From the NCBI GenBank assembly GCA_964106915.2, contig OZ066914.1: a stretch of DNA of 64,000 nucleotides. One strand, 5' to 3'. The stretch is from Podarcis gaigeae. Its lineage: Eukaryota. The notes beneath the pieces are model-generated. The model did not search any database. It saw only the letters and a program-made list of their open reading frames with translations, and was not told the DNA's origin. Position 1 is the first letter of the stretch. The number at the start of each line of letters is the position of its first letter. Shown one piece after another: positions 49,122-62,790 of this stretch. A program made the translations under genes and the position numbers.

Positions 49122-51959
49122 GCCTGGGTCTTTCCCAGTCCTACCTGAAGATGCCAGGGATTGAATCTGGGACCTTCTGCATGCAAATCAGATGCTCTTC
49201 CACTAAGCTAAGGTCCTTCCCCACAACAGCTTGTGCCATACAATTCAAACTTCACAGGAACTGAAAGTGGCCAGTTGAGGACAAGTGGAATGGAATTCAA
49301 GCCATTACTGGAATTCTAATTTGAGACGACTCTAGAGAAGAACTTAACAGCTCTTTGCTTGTCCTCTTGGGCCTGACGCTTGACAGGAAATGAGCTTGAA
49401 AGGTTCAGAGGCAGGTCACAGAGCTAGTATCCCTGCCAGCTGCTCAGATGACCCTAGCAGTGTGTTTTGAGAAACCTGATACACTTGCTTATTATTAAAG
49501 CCTTTTTTCCTTGGAGAAGTCACGTCTAACACTGGGTTCTACCAGACACATGGCTAGCCTATTACATCCTCCCCCCCCCCCACATTCTTCTCAAGTGACA
49601 CTTGTTATATGACCTAAGACTAGAACAACGTGAAAAATCCCGTGTTGCAACGCAAGGTTGAATGTGCAAGGATCATCTTGTTTACAGGAATGCTCCTGCC
49701 TTGTTTGCCTTGCAGCATTTGTTGTGCCAATCCTTCAGACCACCTCCCCTGAGGAACCAAAACCAGAGCTGGAAATTCCTGATGTCTGAGATCCTGAATT
49801 CTGGAAGGCACAATTAAGCAGGGAAATAGTATCCAAGGCTGAGCTGATGAAATGTGGAAGGTACATTTGAGTGGACACAGTACTTTGTATTCCAGTTTAC
49901 TATTTAAAAGTGTCCTTTATACTTATGCTCCATTCTAAACAGGTGATTTTGCTGGCAGTGGTATTTCTTAGAAGCAGGAAACATATCAAATCAGATTGCC
50001 TTATGCAGTTTCTTTTTTTTTTCCTTTTGGCAAGGATGCCTAATAAATATTGCTGCACACAGTAATTTCCCCCCTAAAAAAATAGGTCCCGTACTCACCA
50101 TAAAGTTGCTACAGTAAGTGCCACACTTTTTAGCAACAAAAATAGGCCATTAACTTATCAAGAAACTTGCCTGGCTTCTTCAACAATGTTCTTAAATTAA
50201 GGTTGTACAGGCACCAGCACGTGTCCCACTAGAACAAGGGGAATATTATAAGAGCAGCCCTGTATGATTAGGCCAAAGCTCCACCTAGTTCAGCATCCTG
50301 TTTCCAACAGTGGACAGCTCTGCCTTCAACAAGCACCCAAGCAAGAAGACATGAAAGTGACAGCCCTCCCCAATTGCTTCCTCCTCCCCAGATTGATATT
50401 CAGAGACATACTTGGTTTGGCCATCACCACTGATAGTCATAGCTCTCCTCCCCCTGAATTTGTTTGCATGCACAGGTAATATCTCTGCAATGTTCACCCA
50501 CTGGATATGAGAATATTTCCACCCCCCACAATGTACAACTAGAGCTACAGAAGCAGCACAGAATCAGAGTGTATAGACAGTGCCAGAAACATGCCATGGA
50601 TTTATTTTAACTACATATTTAAATATTATTTTGCTGATTTTATTTTTCTTGTTAGATTTGTTCATTTTCCTACCCTTTCCAGTTTAGCCCTTGGCTTTTC
50701 ATGAGGTGCCAAAGCATTGTACATGAAGATTAAGTTGCACATGTATGACTCTGTATTCATGTTGTTGTTCTTTAATTTCTTCCAACTCATGGCTATCTTG
50801 TAGGGACCCCAGCTTACCTTGCCGATGCCTCCAGATCCCTCAAAGGCCCCCAGCATTCATATGAATCTTTTGCACACCTCTAGTGTTTGTTCCTCTAAGG
50901 GTAAGAGTTGTGTTTGTTGATATACACTTATATAATTATCAATTGCTGTTTGTGTGTTACTTCCAAAAAACCGAATAAACTTTTAAAGAAAGAAATAATT
51001 TAAGTTTATTGAAATGTTCATACGCTGAATTCAACCAAAGTGTAACTTATTATTATTTTAACCAGCAAAGTAACCCTTATCTGCTCTCCCCCCCCCCCCC
51101 CCCGTAGACTACAGCAAATATGTCGTTTTATATAAACTACAGCAAATGGCTGGTAGAGACTGATCATGGGTCATTAAAAAGAAGGAAGAAAAAGCAGAGG
51201 AACCATTGCCAGTTTGACAGCGGGGAATGCAGAGATAGCCCCTGCAGGCATTATGCATTTCCCTGGTAGAACAACCGCCAGTGGCTCCCAAATTGTGAAT
51301 CCACACACTAATTCTATGACCTTCCCATCCAGTGATGAAAGCAGCAACAGTGACACTGACTCCCAGTAGTTATGTGATTAAGCCATGGTCTGTGGAGAAG
51401 AGGGCCAGAGTCACATGCTTTTCAAGGATTTTATAGTGAGCTATAGTGTGTGTTCCTGATGCAAATACATTAGATGCTCCAGTTCAGATTTTACTAATGA
51501 TGGGGCATAGCTTTCATAGTTCTGGGGGATTTTCTTCTTCAGGTTAACATGGGGTGGAGGGTATTTCTAGACTAGGGAGAGAACCGCAGACCTTGATGCT
51601 GAATATGGCCCCTCTATCTGGCTTGTGGAACCCGGTGCACCAGTCCTGCTTTGCACTTTCCTTGAGTGTTTTTGCCTGTCTGGCATGTGTTCTTGAACAG
51701 TGATGATGTCTCTTACTTGCTTGGATGTAGATATCTGCCTGTGTGTGCTTGTACACACATTGCACACATGTGTACACACATTAATCTCCAAATTTTATAT
51801 GGGCGGAATAAGGCCTACTGTACAAAGGTAAGAGTCACATCCATTGTCCCACTCATTTTTTCCTCTAGCCCCAACCACTACTGACACACAGCCCAGAAGG
51901 TACCCCCATGAGGAGGTACCATAAGCTTCCGCCCCTGGTCTAGAACAAAGATCCAAAAA

Positions 51960-52499
51960 ATCCTAAAGAATGATATGAACTAATGCCAGTGTACTGGAAG
52001 AAGCAAAGATCACCAGTGTCCAAGCAATGATTCTTCAACATCAACTTCATGGGACTGGTCATGTTGTGCAGATGGCTGATTATCATCTTCCAAAGCAACT
52101 ACTCTATTTCGAACTTAAAAATGGAAAGCGTAATGCTGGTGGTCAACAAAAGAGATTTAAAGACTCTCTCAAGGCAAATCTTTTAAAAATGTAATATTAA
52201 CACCAACAACTGGAAAACACTGGCATGTGAGCTCTCCAATTGGAGAACAGCCTGTACCAAAGGTGGTCATGGACTTTGAAGATGCTCAAATTCAGGACGA
52301 AAGGGAGAAACGTGCTAAGAAGCAGGCACATTTGGTAAACCCTCAGCGCGATCAACTCCCACCCGAAAACCTACATCCCCACTGTGGAAGGACGTGTGGA
52401 TCCAGAACTGGCCTCCACAGTCACTTATAGACTCACTGTTAAAACCGTGTTCCTGGAAGACAATCTTACTCAGCTACGAGTGATCGTCAAAGAAGAAGA
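51960..52499 (+). mobile_element. RTE-clade LINE 3' fragment
   Basis: VLEEAKITS..AMILQHQL..TGHVVQM..HLPKQLLY.EL..GKRNAGGQQKRFKD.LK; C-terminal zinc-finger remnant HCGRTCGSRTGLHSHL; (AAG)n tail. Confidence 0.85.
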
Positions 52500-55400
52500 G
52501 GATTATTAGAAGTTTTAACATTAAACAGACATCTCTTAATAACAATAAAAAGCCAGAGAAATGTTGATTTGGGAGAGTCTCTAAAATTCCCTCACAGATG
52601 TTCTTCAAATCCTGGTCTCTCAGCCTCCACAGGCACACAACTAAGGGAATATAAAACACTGTGCTTCAGGATTTCAAGCCAGTATTAAACTATTCTTAAA
52701 ATCCTTATTTGGAGTCTTGTTTGCCAAATCTAACACCTCATGGTGGTTGCATTCCTCTGCAGCTGACCCAGGCACTGAAACCTGCGGAATTTTGTCAGAG
52801 GCTTGGAGTAAATGACGATGCATCTTTGCCATGGCATTGCCACAAATATATGTCTATTAAATTTTTTTACTGAGATTAGCATAGGGTAGACGCAAGAGTC
52901 CTTTCAGGCAGGTGTTTATTGTGGAATTGTTGCTCCTCATGCCCACAAGTTTCTTCTTGTTGTTTTTGCAGTGTCCACATGACATCATCATCAAAATACT
53001 GGCCCCTTACTGCTGCAAAAATATGGTAAGTAAAAATAACTCTTTACACAAATCTGCAACCACTGCTGGTGTGGAAACACATTTGCACAAGGGAATAGCA
53101 AGGAATATAATGACTGGGAAAAATGAGATGTGTAGAAATGTGCATACAGAAAAACTGCATCTGAATGAGCGAATTGTGATGGAAGGTTTCCATCTGGAAG
53201 CTCCCTTAGTATAGGCAGAAGTCTGAAGAGTGACTTCATGGGGAAAGTGCTCACTTTGTAAGGTCAATATATCAAGCTGGGAAATATCCCAGGGAAAGAT
53301 CCATGAAAGCGTAAGTATTGATGTGGAGAGCTACATCTTAAGTAAATGTAGCAACCACTGGACACCCATCTATTTTCATCTTTCATTATATGAGTCCATT
53401 CCACAGCCCCTGCAGAAGAGATTCTGTTGGATAAAGCATAATACCATAGCCAGTGAGGTGGTGTTAACAGAAGCCAAAATTGTCATTCATTGTATCAATA
53501 ATTTTAGTTCTCTTGCACAGTCTTGTGGAGAGAGAGAGAGAGAGCACATTTTGCATGGGGATTCTGATTCTAGCCACCACGCAGGTTGGTGGAACATGCA
53601 TAAGCCTATTACACCCTCATTCTGCCCTCTTCTGGGTCCTAAAGGCCCCGCGCATCAGCAGTCACACATCAACTGGATGTGCACAAAATGGTCACCATCT
53701 GTATATATGATGGTCAGCAAAGATGGAAATAGTTATGAGCACAGCCAGAAAAGAAATGAAAGTATTGAGGAAGCGGGCATGGAAAGGGAGTATCATAAAG
53801 GGGCAAATGATCTGCCCACCCAAAAGCCCACTGAAACAAGTCATCTATGACCCTGAGCAGTTTGGAACCTGACCTACCCCCAATTTATTGGATTATCCCC
53901 ATATCAGGTAAACCCAAATTTACAAAGTGAAAAACATTGAGATTGTGTTGTTGGAGTTAACTCCATGCAGACTAAACAAATAAACTGGGGATGCAGACAA
54001 CTGCAAACACCATAAAATCCCATGTAGACAAGCCCATGGTTAGGTGAGCCTCAATTTCTCTTGGGTTCTCTGCAAAGGCACATGGCTCTCCATTTCATTA
54101 ATTAAATGGTTAATCAGAATCACCAGCTTCTTGACCAGTGACACCCCACCCTGGGCCAGCCTCTTATTTTGAAGGTTGGGCTGTCCTGCAATGCTACTTG
54201 AACTAGTCTCTCATAATCACAAGTAGCATTCTGCATCTGGTGCAATCCACCCTAGAAAGGGCACTTTTCAGGTCAGGAAAAGAATGGAGCACAGAAGGTG
54301 GGTCTGGCTTTGTGGTAGAATCAGCTCCACAGGGAAGCTGCCCTTTTTTTAAAGTCACATTTGAATAGAAGAATGATATGTAGCAAGGAAACAGGACCTG
54401 GAATAAATAAGCACAAAGCACATTTCCTAGAAAAATGTGTTTAAGTACAGGTTGTAATCTTACGTGTGGTCTGACCTTTAAAGTTAGAGCACCCATGGTG
54501 GATGAAGAAAATAATCTAACTGACCAAGGAAGAGTACAATAATTGCACAATAAATTACCTATATATTAGGAAGGATTCTTCCTAAGAGGACAAGCTGCCC
54601 CAATCCCACAAGGAATGAAAAAAGCTTAGGTTATGTTGTTTCTTCTTGCCAAAGCAACAAAAGGAGCTAAACAAAAATGCAAACTATTTTAATTGATCCC
54701 GCCTGGCTCCCTGGGGGATGATGTGTTCCTCGGCTTGCAGACAACAGAACCAAGGAAGTTGTCCCATATTCATCTGCCGATTGTCTACTCAGAAACGTGG
54801 AATGAACTGAGCACTAGCAAAAATGAGATCAGAGATTGGCTTGGAAGCATCTGAAGACAAATGCCTGCAAACTGGAGTCTCATACAGTAGTGCAGAGGCC
54901 AGGGAATCTCATTTTACTGTGGATTAGCTCTTTAAATCAATTGCTTTTCTTTTTCTTTATGAAGTGTTAGCTATGTGTATGTCATTGTGCATGCATTAGA
55001 AAAACCAGAAGAAAACTAATGCACGTGAGGGCTCCCAAGATGATGGAAGGAGGCCAAAGGAACAGGAATGAAGAAAATAACAAATCAATTATTCTTTCCA
55101 AGTATTTGCACATGCTCAAAGATGAATACTTTTACACCAAGTTAGAGCAGCTGTAATGGACATTATAGGATGGGCTGCACAAACCAGTGATCCAAGCATG
55201 GATTGAGAGGTGTTTAGCAACCCCCACTTCCATGTTTGCAGTCCTAGGCAGGCAGCAAAAAGCAGAAAGTTTATCACGCCCCTTGTATGCCACAACCTAT
55301 GCAAGTCTATTCTATAGAGCAGGGGTGGCTTTCCAGATGTTGTTGAATTCCAGCTTCCATCATCCCTGACTATTAGCCATGCTGCCTGGAGCTAATGGGA

Positions 55401-56162
55401 GTTGGAGTGCAATCACTTTTAATTATTTATATAGTTAAATACAATAATCAAGTACTAGGCTGTTAAAAATACTAGTGCTTAACAGAAAGATGTAGTTCAA
55501 TAAAACTGTATACCGTTATTATTAATAATTACCCTCCTATCCTATACAATCTACTGCTAGTATGCCCTGCTATCCTATACAATGGAAGATGCACTCTTCC
55601 ATTGTCTCCTGAGACAGACGGGTGCCAATTACAGTAACTTTTCCTATACATATTCCAATAGTTAAATAGCCTCACTCTGTCTAATAGTAGGACCAATGCT
55701 GCCAACGAAGTCCAGCCTTTATTTGCAGAAAATGATCTAACTGGGAATTAGCATCCTCAAACATTTTGCAAACCTGTAATAAGGGATTGGTCCCTACCAA
55801 AGACCGGAAAGCCAAACTCAAGCAAAGCTTGAAACACAGAGGAAGTGAGAAAGGAAGCTTGTGGGTATTTGTTTCTTCTCCCTCTCCCTCCACCCCACTA
55901 CAGCCAATAAATAAAGAGAACTAGCTTTAGCCAGGTTGTGTTACTGAGGGCTCACCCAGACTTCTTTTCATGCCACATCTCTAAGCACAGGTCTGCGGAA
56001 AACCCTAATTGCCGTTTGTTCCATTTCAGTGTTAAGGAGCAGGTTTTCACACGGGAAATGCCAGGAAGGAGCTCTCAGACATGGCACTTTAAAGTGCAGG
56101 TTTGTGCCTAGAAAGTGGGGCAAAAGGTACATGTGGATGAGCCCTGGATCACCACACCCCCT

Positions 56163-56219
<57 letters not shown>
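56163..56219 (+). repeat. (CA)n(GA)n compound microsatellite
   Basis: Directly visible. Confidence 0.95.
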
Positions 56220-56223
<4 letters not shown>

Positions 56224-57394
56224 AGTGCCTCTGAAGGTACAAAAAGTGCTTTCTCCTAATCAGGGTGTTCACACCCCCTATTCCTTGAGTCCTGAGGAGT
56301 CAATTCATAGTAACCAGCAAAGTTAAGATGGTAATTCCCTACCTCAGATGCTTCAGAGATTATTGGAATGGCATCTTGTTCCTCATGTTGCTGCTTGAGG
56401 CCAATGAGCAATATAAAAGCCAGACAGGATTTCTGTGAAACTTAACTGCAAAATGTGGACTCCTGTCCAATTAGCAGACACACTGTCTTCCCAGGAGTAG
56501 ATAACAGGAGTACTCACTCTTTTCTGCTGGGTCTTCCTTCCCCAAGAGCAGGTAACAGGAGCAATATAATCACATGAAGAGCAGAATAACTCACTGTCCA
56601 CCCAGCAGTAGATGGGAATGATTCCTTACATCCTGCTAGGGACTGACTGATGCTTAACCATGGCTGATAAGTGCTCTTTTCATGCCCGCATATGTGATCA
56701 CTGTACATAGCATGGCTGATGGCCAGGGAGTGAACATCACAGGGTCCCATTGTACATGCATGCATTGGAAAATGTCTCCAATTTATGGGATGTTCATGCA
56801 CTTGCTGAAAGTGCATTTTCCCACTCTCTTCTTTGGGCGAGGAACTGCTTTCTTCCCAGGTGTGCAGCTTGATGCTCACTGAATAAGGGACCAGAAGTAG
56901 CATTTCTGAACATGAATAGCCTGCACTGTGGAGAAAACAGCTACACATGCAACATGGCTCTAAATGTGTTCATTTAGAAGCATATTCAGGATTTAAGCCT
57001 GTGGATTGAGTAGACCAAGACATTTTGTCTGTACAGCAGCTAGCACATTGGTATGTTAAATAAATATTAAGTAGTTATAACTCTGTTCCCTTCATCTGCT
57101 TGGAATCCAGAATATTTCTTTTCTATGGCTCTAGAACTGGGGGAGATGTTGCTTTCTGCATTCATTTCACACATGGAAGTTTTTTGTTCTCCAGCCTGAG
57201 CCTTGTTTTAAGCAGTTAATCATAATCATTTTTTCCTGTTTTGTTTGTTTAGCTACAGGATGTTTAAGATTCCTCTCTTCTTTTGCCCTTTCTGCAGCTG
57301 CTCTTATTGTTTTGCCTGTGTCTCTGCTGTCTTGCGGTAGCTTTCTAGGCATTTCACAACAGGATGAAGATCAAACCCCCCAAAAAAATAAAGA

Positions 57395-57930
57395 TTTTTG
57401 TTGTTTAGTTGTTTAGTCATATCCAACTCTTTGTGACCCCATGGACCAGAGCACGCCAGGCACTCCTGTCTTCCACTGCCTCCCACAGCTTGGTCAGACT
57501 CACATTGGTAGCTTCGAGAACACTGTCCAACCATCTCGTCCTCTGTCATCCCCTTCTCCTTGTGCCCTCCATCTTTCCCAACATCAGGGTCTTTTCCAGG
57601 GAGTCTTCTCTTCTCATGAGGTGGTCAAAGTATTGGAGCCTCAGCTTCAGAATCTGTCTTTCCAGTGAGCACTCAGGGCTGATTTCCTTAAGAATGGAGA
57701 GGTCTGATCTTCTTGCAGTCCATAGGACTCTCAAGAGTCTCATCCAACACCATAATTCAAAAGCATCAATTCTTTGGCAATCAGCCTTCTTTATGGTCCA
57801 GCTTTCACTTCCATACATCACTACTGGGAAAACCATAGCTTTAACTATGCGGACCTTTGTTGCCAAGGTGATGTCTCTGCTTTTTAAGATGCTGTCTAGG
57901 TTTGTCATTGCTTTTATCCCAAGAAGCAGG
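57395..57930 (-). mobile_element. BovB LINE, 5'-truncated 3' end
   Basis: ORF 57546-57992 reads LLLGIKAMTNLDSILKSRDITLATKVRIVKAMVFPVVMYGSESW... Confidence 0.95.
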
Positions 57931-60900
57931 TGAAAATAACGATTAGAAAATGGCAAAACAATGAGGGAGGAATCACAATAAACTAGATTCATTTCTGAGA
58001 TTGGAAGTCCTCTCTTGACTCTTCTTTTTTTTTTAATTGGGTTTTATAAACAAGAATAATGTTATACAAACAAGTTTACCAAGTTTTCTCATGTCATTTG
58101 TATGTCAGAAAGACAGCATAATAAATGTGGAAAAATATCTACATCATATGTTTTATTATTAGTGGCCAGTGTATAAGCTCTTGGTTTATGGTCCAGCAGC
58201 TCTATAAGGCTACCTATCAAAGTGTTAAGCTGAACCATTTCCTTGAGAAATAACTAAGCACAAAACTGGACGTTCAGCAAAGACCCAGATTCAGGAACTC
58301 AGATTGCTACAAACAGTCTAAAGAAATAGAAGGGGAGGACATACTTTGGGGGGGGGGAGCAGAAAGTGTGTCCGGCTCTGTTTCCCCCACCTTTGCTTTA
58401 CAGGTTATGTTTCAGATGTCACAGACAGATCAGTTTCAGGCAATTGACGAATAACCAGTCATCTCTCAACCAAATGTGGTCTGGACCAACTAGCCAATTG
58501 GCCTTTCCTGGAATGAAAAAACAACAATGCTCTCTCTTTTTTTGCCAGGGTCGGGAGAGAGATGCAGACCTTTGGCAGCATAAAAAATGTACCCTGCTCT
58601 GCCTCCTTCCATACATGTTTTTTCCACCTGATAGCAGATAGTAAAATGGTACTGAAGCCTTTTTGTGTTGAAGCTGTGCAAACAGATACACATGTGCTAC
58701 AAAAAACAAACAAATGAGCACAGCAACCAGAGTGCCATCAGAAAACAGCATGTAGGATGAATTTGAAACAAGCATAGCAAATCTTCTTTGTATTATATTT
58801 TAGATTGTTCCAGTGCTATTTTTCTAACACCTCCCCTTTTCTCTTATAATGGCAATGGTGCCCACCTGAGAAGTGCCAAAAATGAGTTCTGGCGAGTCCC
58901 TGCTGGAAAAAAAGCCCTGGATTAATTCATGAAACAAGTAAATGTAATTATGCATCGGTAAGAGACCATGTAAAAGGTCCTTTCTGACCAAAAGGTGGCA
59001 GTGTTGCTCTCCCCTCTAACTCTAGGCAAGGGGGAATGTCAAAATGTCACTATCTAGTTATATAAATATACTTTTCAGACCTACAATAAGGGTATTATGA
59101 CTTTTTCATGCAATCAGCATTATACTTTTTTAAATCTGAGCATGATTTGAATTCAAAAGTGGCAGTAGGAAAATATCCTAGTCAACACATACAAGCCACT
59201 ATGCAATTTATCATTTACTGTCTGCTGCTATTTGCCAACTCCCCTAAAACCGGCTTTTTGGGGGGGGGGGATTTATGTATTTATGGAATTTGTTGTGTGG
59301 CACTCTGCAAAAGAATAGCTTACTGAAGAATGATTCAGTTGAAACAATATTTTCTCTAATTAGGAAGTAAGAACATGTTGGCTTTTGCAGTAATTACTGT
59401 GCATTCTTTATCAATTATTCCTTGGAAAATCAGATTGCGACCACTGTACCCTGAAACAATATTTGCAAAGTAGGATGAATCAGGGTGTTGAATCATGAGC
59501 TAAAACATCTCTTGTATGATCTAAAACATCTCTTGGATAAATCACAAGACTTGCTCAAGGTGCCAAAAACAACAGAAATGGCATCATGACATTTACAAAA
59601 ATGAGAAAGCCCTGATTTCCAAACACCTAATCCTATGCAAACTTTCTAAAGTTAGCAAGGCAAAGTTCAACAGAGAAGTAGGGCTCATTTCACACACACA
59701 CCCCTGTCAAATGCTGAAGGTTACAGTTTCACACAATCCCAAACCAGCTTTGGCCTTTCCTTCTAATCCAGAATTATCTCCACCTAGAATGTTTCCCCTT
59801 TCATTTGTATAGTCTTGGTTGCCTCCCTTTAAGCCTTAGTTTCCTGTTTATTAGCTGCCTACCATGCAAAAGCAGCAGAGAATCTGGAAGCAGCAATCCC
59901 TGTGCTCACTTAGTGCCATGTGAATGGATGCTTTGAATATATCCACATGGCTTTTCAAGACATGTCTGTGTGTTATGCCAACATGCACCAGCCTCTGAAA
60001 TAGTGCATATGAAATGCCATATGATGGCTGAGCACACACAGGGTCCTCCTATGCTACTCTGCCCCTGAGCTCCCCCACAACCCCCCATGCAGGTTCTCAT
60101 AGCTGAGCCAAGATAAGCCGCTTGACTTTCCAAAGATGGCTGACCTCTCATCAACACAACACATCAGCCATCTTCATCCCTCAGCATAGGAATGATTTTT
60201 ACTACATCACCTTATCTGGAAAAGTTTTGCATTACTTGCGTCTCTGTTGGCTCCCCCCCCCCCAAAAAAAAACACCTGTACTGCTTCTGGGCTCTTCCTA
60301 GAAGTTTGAGAGCTTTTCTATACATACATTATGCAGAAAGAAAGGGTACAATTCTCAGCTCCATCACCATACTGCAGGTAAGGAGGTCATGTTTTCTACA
60401 ATAAACAAGGGAGTGGTTTGTTGCAGAACTTTCAATCATGTGCTATATGGAAGAAGTGTCTGTGATTGTTTGAAAGTGTTTGCAAGGGTGAAAATTAGAA
60501 AACGTGTCATCCACCTTCAGCCTGAAGTTGTACTGGCCATATTTGTACCTCCTTCTTCTGTGTAATGTGTAGTAGACCAGATGTGTGGCTCTCTTAGGTG
60601 CCAGAGGTTCTTTCTGTTTGTAGACTCTGTGCTTGTTGCTTAATTCATAGCACGTTTTAGCCACCGCTGACACCATGTCACTTTAAATAGTCTGGCTTTT
60701 TTAGATGCTTTATTTCTACTGCCTCTGCCTCTATAAACATGATTGTTTCCTCCTGATGAAATCAAGTGCCTCTCGGACAGGAAGTGTTCCCATTCCACTA
60801 TGGGTTCATTGTGACCTCTCTTTGCAGCCTATTTTCCAAGTCATCAAAACAACTTTAAAAGATGCATTTGAAACAAGTTTCTTTTAAACTTTTCCCAAAG

Positions 60901-61701
60901 CACAGTTCTCTGTAAAATCCGCATGTGGGTATCCTGACAGTTGGTGACTGTGGTGGGCTGATGCACACAACCAGTTCGCCCAATAGAAAAGAATGCTGAC
61001 CCCCCCCCTTCCCAAAATAGTCAAAATGTAATGTTATTAATTGGCCTTAAATCTAGCTATATATACACTCTGAAAGAGATACGGTAATACCCCTGCTGAA
61101 TCATTATTGTATTTATGAGGATGAGGAACCGAACACTTGGCTTAGCTCCTTTGTGTGCCAATACAGAATTTTTATATACAAGGCCAGTAGTAATAAATAC
61201 GTTATTATTTTTCAAAAAAGAAACTCTGTAATAATACAGCTGTTAGGGAAGGTGATCACAATGATGATGTTTGTGACACGGCCAATGTGTTTAGTAGCTG
61301 GAGTTTATATAGGGAAGGAGGAGTCACCTATCATCACATCATTTATCAGGCTGTTTATTGCCTTGGGTGACACATGTGCTTGTTTAGTTAGCGCTGGTGT
61401 GCAGCCTAGATTATTTCTTTGGCTCTGGCTCTAGAGCAGAAAAAGCAAAATGTCTCAATTTTCAAAATAAACATATGAAGTAACTAAGGCCCAGGTGTAT
61501 ATGTTTACACACACCCATACATGTATGTGTTTATTTTAAGTCCTATTTCCTTTGTTTTATTGCTCTTCTTTATCTTTCTAATGTTCATAGGTGTTTACTA
61601 CAGCAATGTACAGAGAGATGCACAGTTGCTGTTTTGATTGATTAGCTCTTTTGTGAGGGTTATCTTATCCCACACTTCAACTATAAGGTAATCTGGAATC
61701 A

Positions 61702-62092
61702 AGGGTGGCGCTGTGGTCTAAACCACTGAGTCCCTTGGGCTTGCTGATCTGAAGGTCGGCAGTCTGAATACATGCGACGGGGTGAGCTTCTGTTGCTCTG
61801 TCCCAGCTTCTGCCAACCTAGCAGTTCAAAAGCACACCAGTGGAAGTAGATAAATAGGTACCCCTGCAGCGGGAAGGTAAATAGAGTTTCGGTGCGCTCT
61901 GGCTTCCGTCACGGTGTTCCGTTGCACCATAAGTGGTTTAGCCATGCTGGCCACATGACCTGGAAAGCTGTCTGTGGACAAACGCTGGCTCCCTCAGCTT
62001 GAAGCAAGATGAGCACCATACCCCATAGATGCCTTTGCCTGGACTTAACCGTCCAGGGGTCATTTACCTTTACCTTTTACCTTACTTTTACC
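61702..62092 (+). mobile_element. Sauria SINE (different subfamily)
   Basis: GGGTGGCGCTGTGGTCTAAACC head, (TTTACC)n tail; TSD TAATCTGGAATCA at 61689-61701 and 62093-62105. Confidence 0.9.
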
Positions 62093-62104
62093 TAATCTGG
62101 AATC

Positions 62105-62470
62105 ATAGAATTGTGGAGTTGGAAGGGACCCCAAAGGACATCTAGTCCAACCCCGTACAATGCAGGAATCACAGCTAAAGAATCCCAGAGAGGAGACCAT
62201 CCAACCTTGCACCCACCCACATACATGAAGGTACGTTCACCACCTTCTACTATCAAACAGCTCTTATCACCAGAAAGCTCTTCCTAATGCTTAGTCAGAA
62301 TCTCGTTTCTTGTTGGTTGAATCCATTGGTTCATTGTTTTGTTTTTTTTGCTAAGGAACAGCAAAAAACAATCTTGCCCCATCTTCCATGGGAAAGCCCT
62401 TAAGATATTTTAAGATGGCTATCATTTCACCTCTCAGTCTTCTCCAGACTAAACAAACCCAACTCCCTTA
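62105..62470 (-). mobile_element. CR1 LINE 3' remnant
   Basis: ATAGAATTGTGGAGTTGGAAGGGACC...TCTAGTCCAACCCC, the typical reverse-complemented CR1 3' end. Confidence 0.75.
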
Positions 62471-62619
62471 ACCAGGAGCAACACATTTCCCCAGAACTGT
62501 CATATGGTTTTGTATGAAGGTAATAAATGCCACTTAAGAGTGCTGCTGTTTGAGTAATGGGCAATAAGAAATCTCTTCCACATTCATTTGCATAGGAAAT
62601 AAAAGGATGCTATACCGTG

Positions 62620-62790
62620 TCAAACTTGTCTCTTCTGGAACTTCCTTGTATAACTCTTCTATGATAGCTACCGTAAGTCTTTCTGCTAAGGCCACATCCC
62701 ACACAGCATTAAACCAGAGCCATGGTCTTTCTGATTGATTTTTCCATTGCTGGGCTATCACCAGGCATGCTGCAGTCATGGGGAAAAAAA
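62620..62790 (-). mobile_element. L1 ORF2 C-terminal remnant
   Basis: TAACLVIAQQWK...WFNAVWDVALAERLT resembles the non-mammalian L1 ORF2 end (AA..LIA..WK...W...E.LT). Confidence 0.6.

Larger units (their letters stand above)
21650..61430 (-). pseudogene. Candidate large multi-exon pseudogene of unknown identity
   Basis: At least 15 minus-strand segments outside repeats. Many follow pyrimidine-rich AG acceptors and several end at GT donors (59863-59994, 58391-58673, 56518-56925, 55676-55773, 36703-36904). Frames are long and protein-like but carry scattered stops or frameshifts. No homologue recognised. Confidence 0.5.

Noticed and set aside
53230-53850. 206-aa plus-strand ORF as a gene
   Set aside because: No recognisable motif, runs through a (GA)n tract, and is best read as the antisense shadow of a minus-strand exon-like block.
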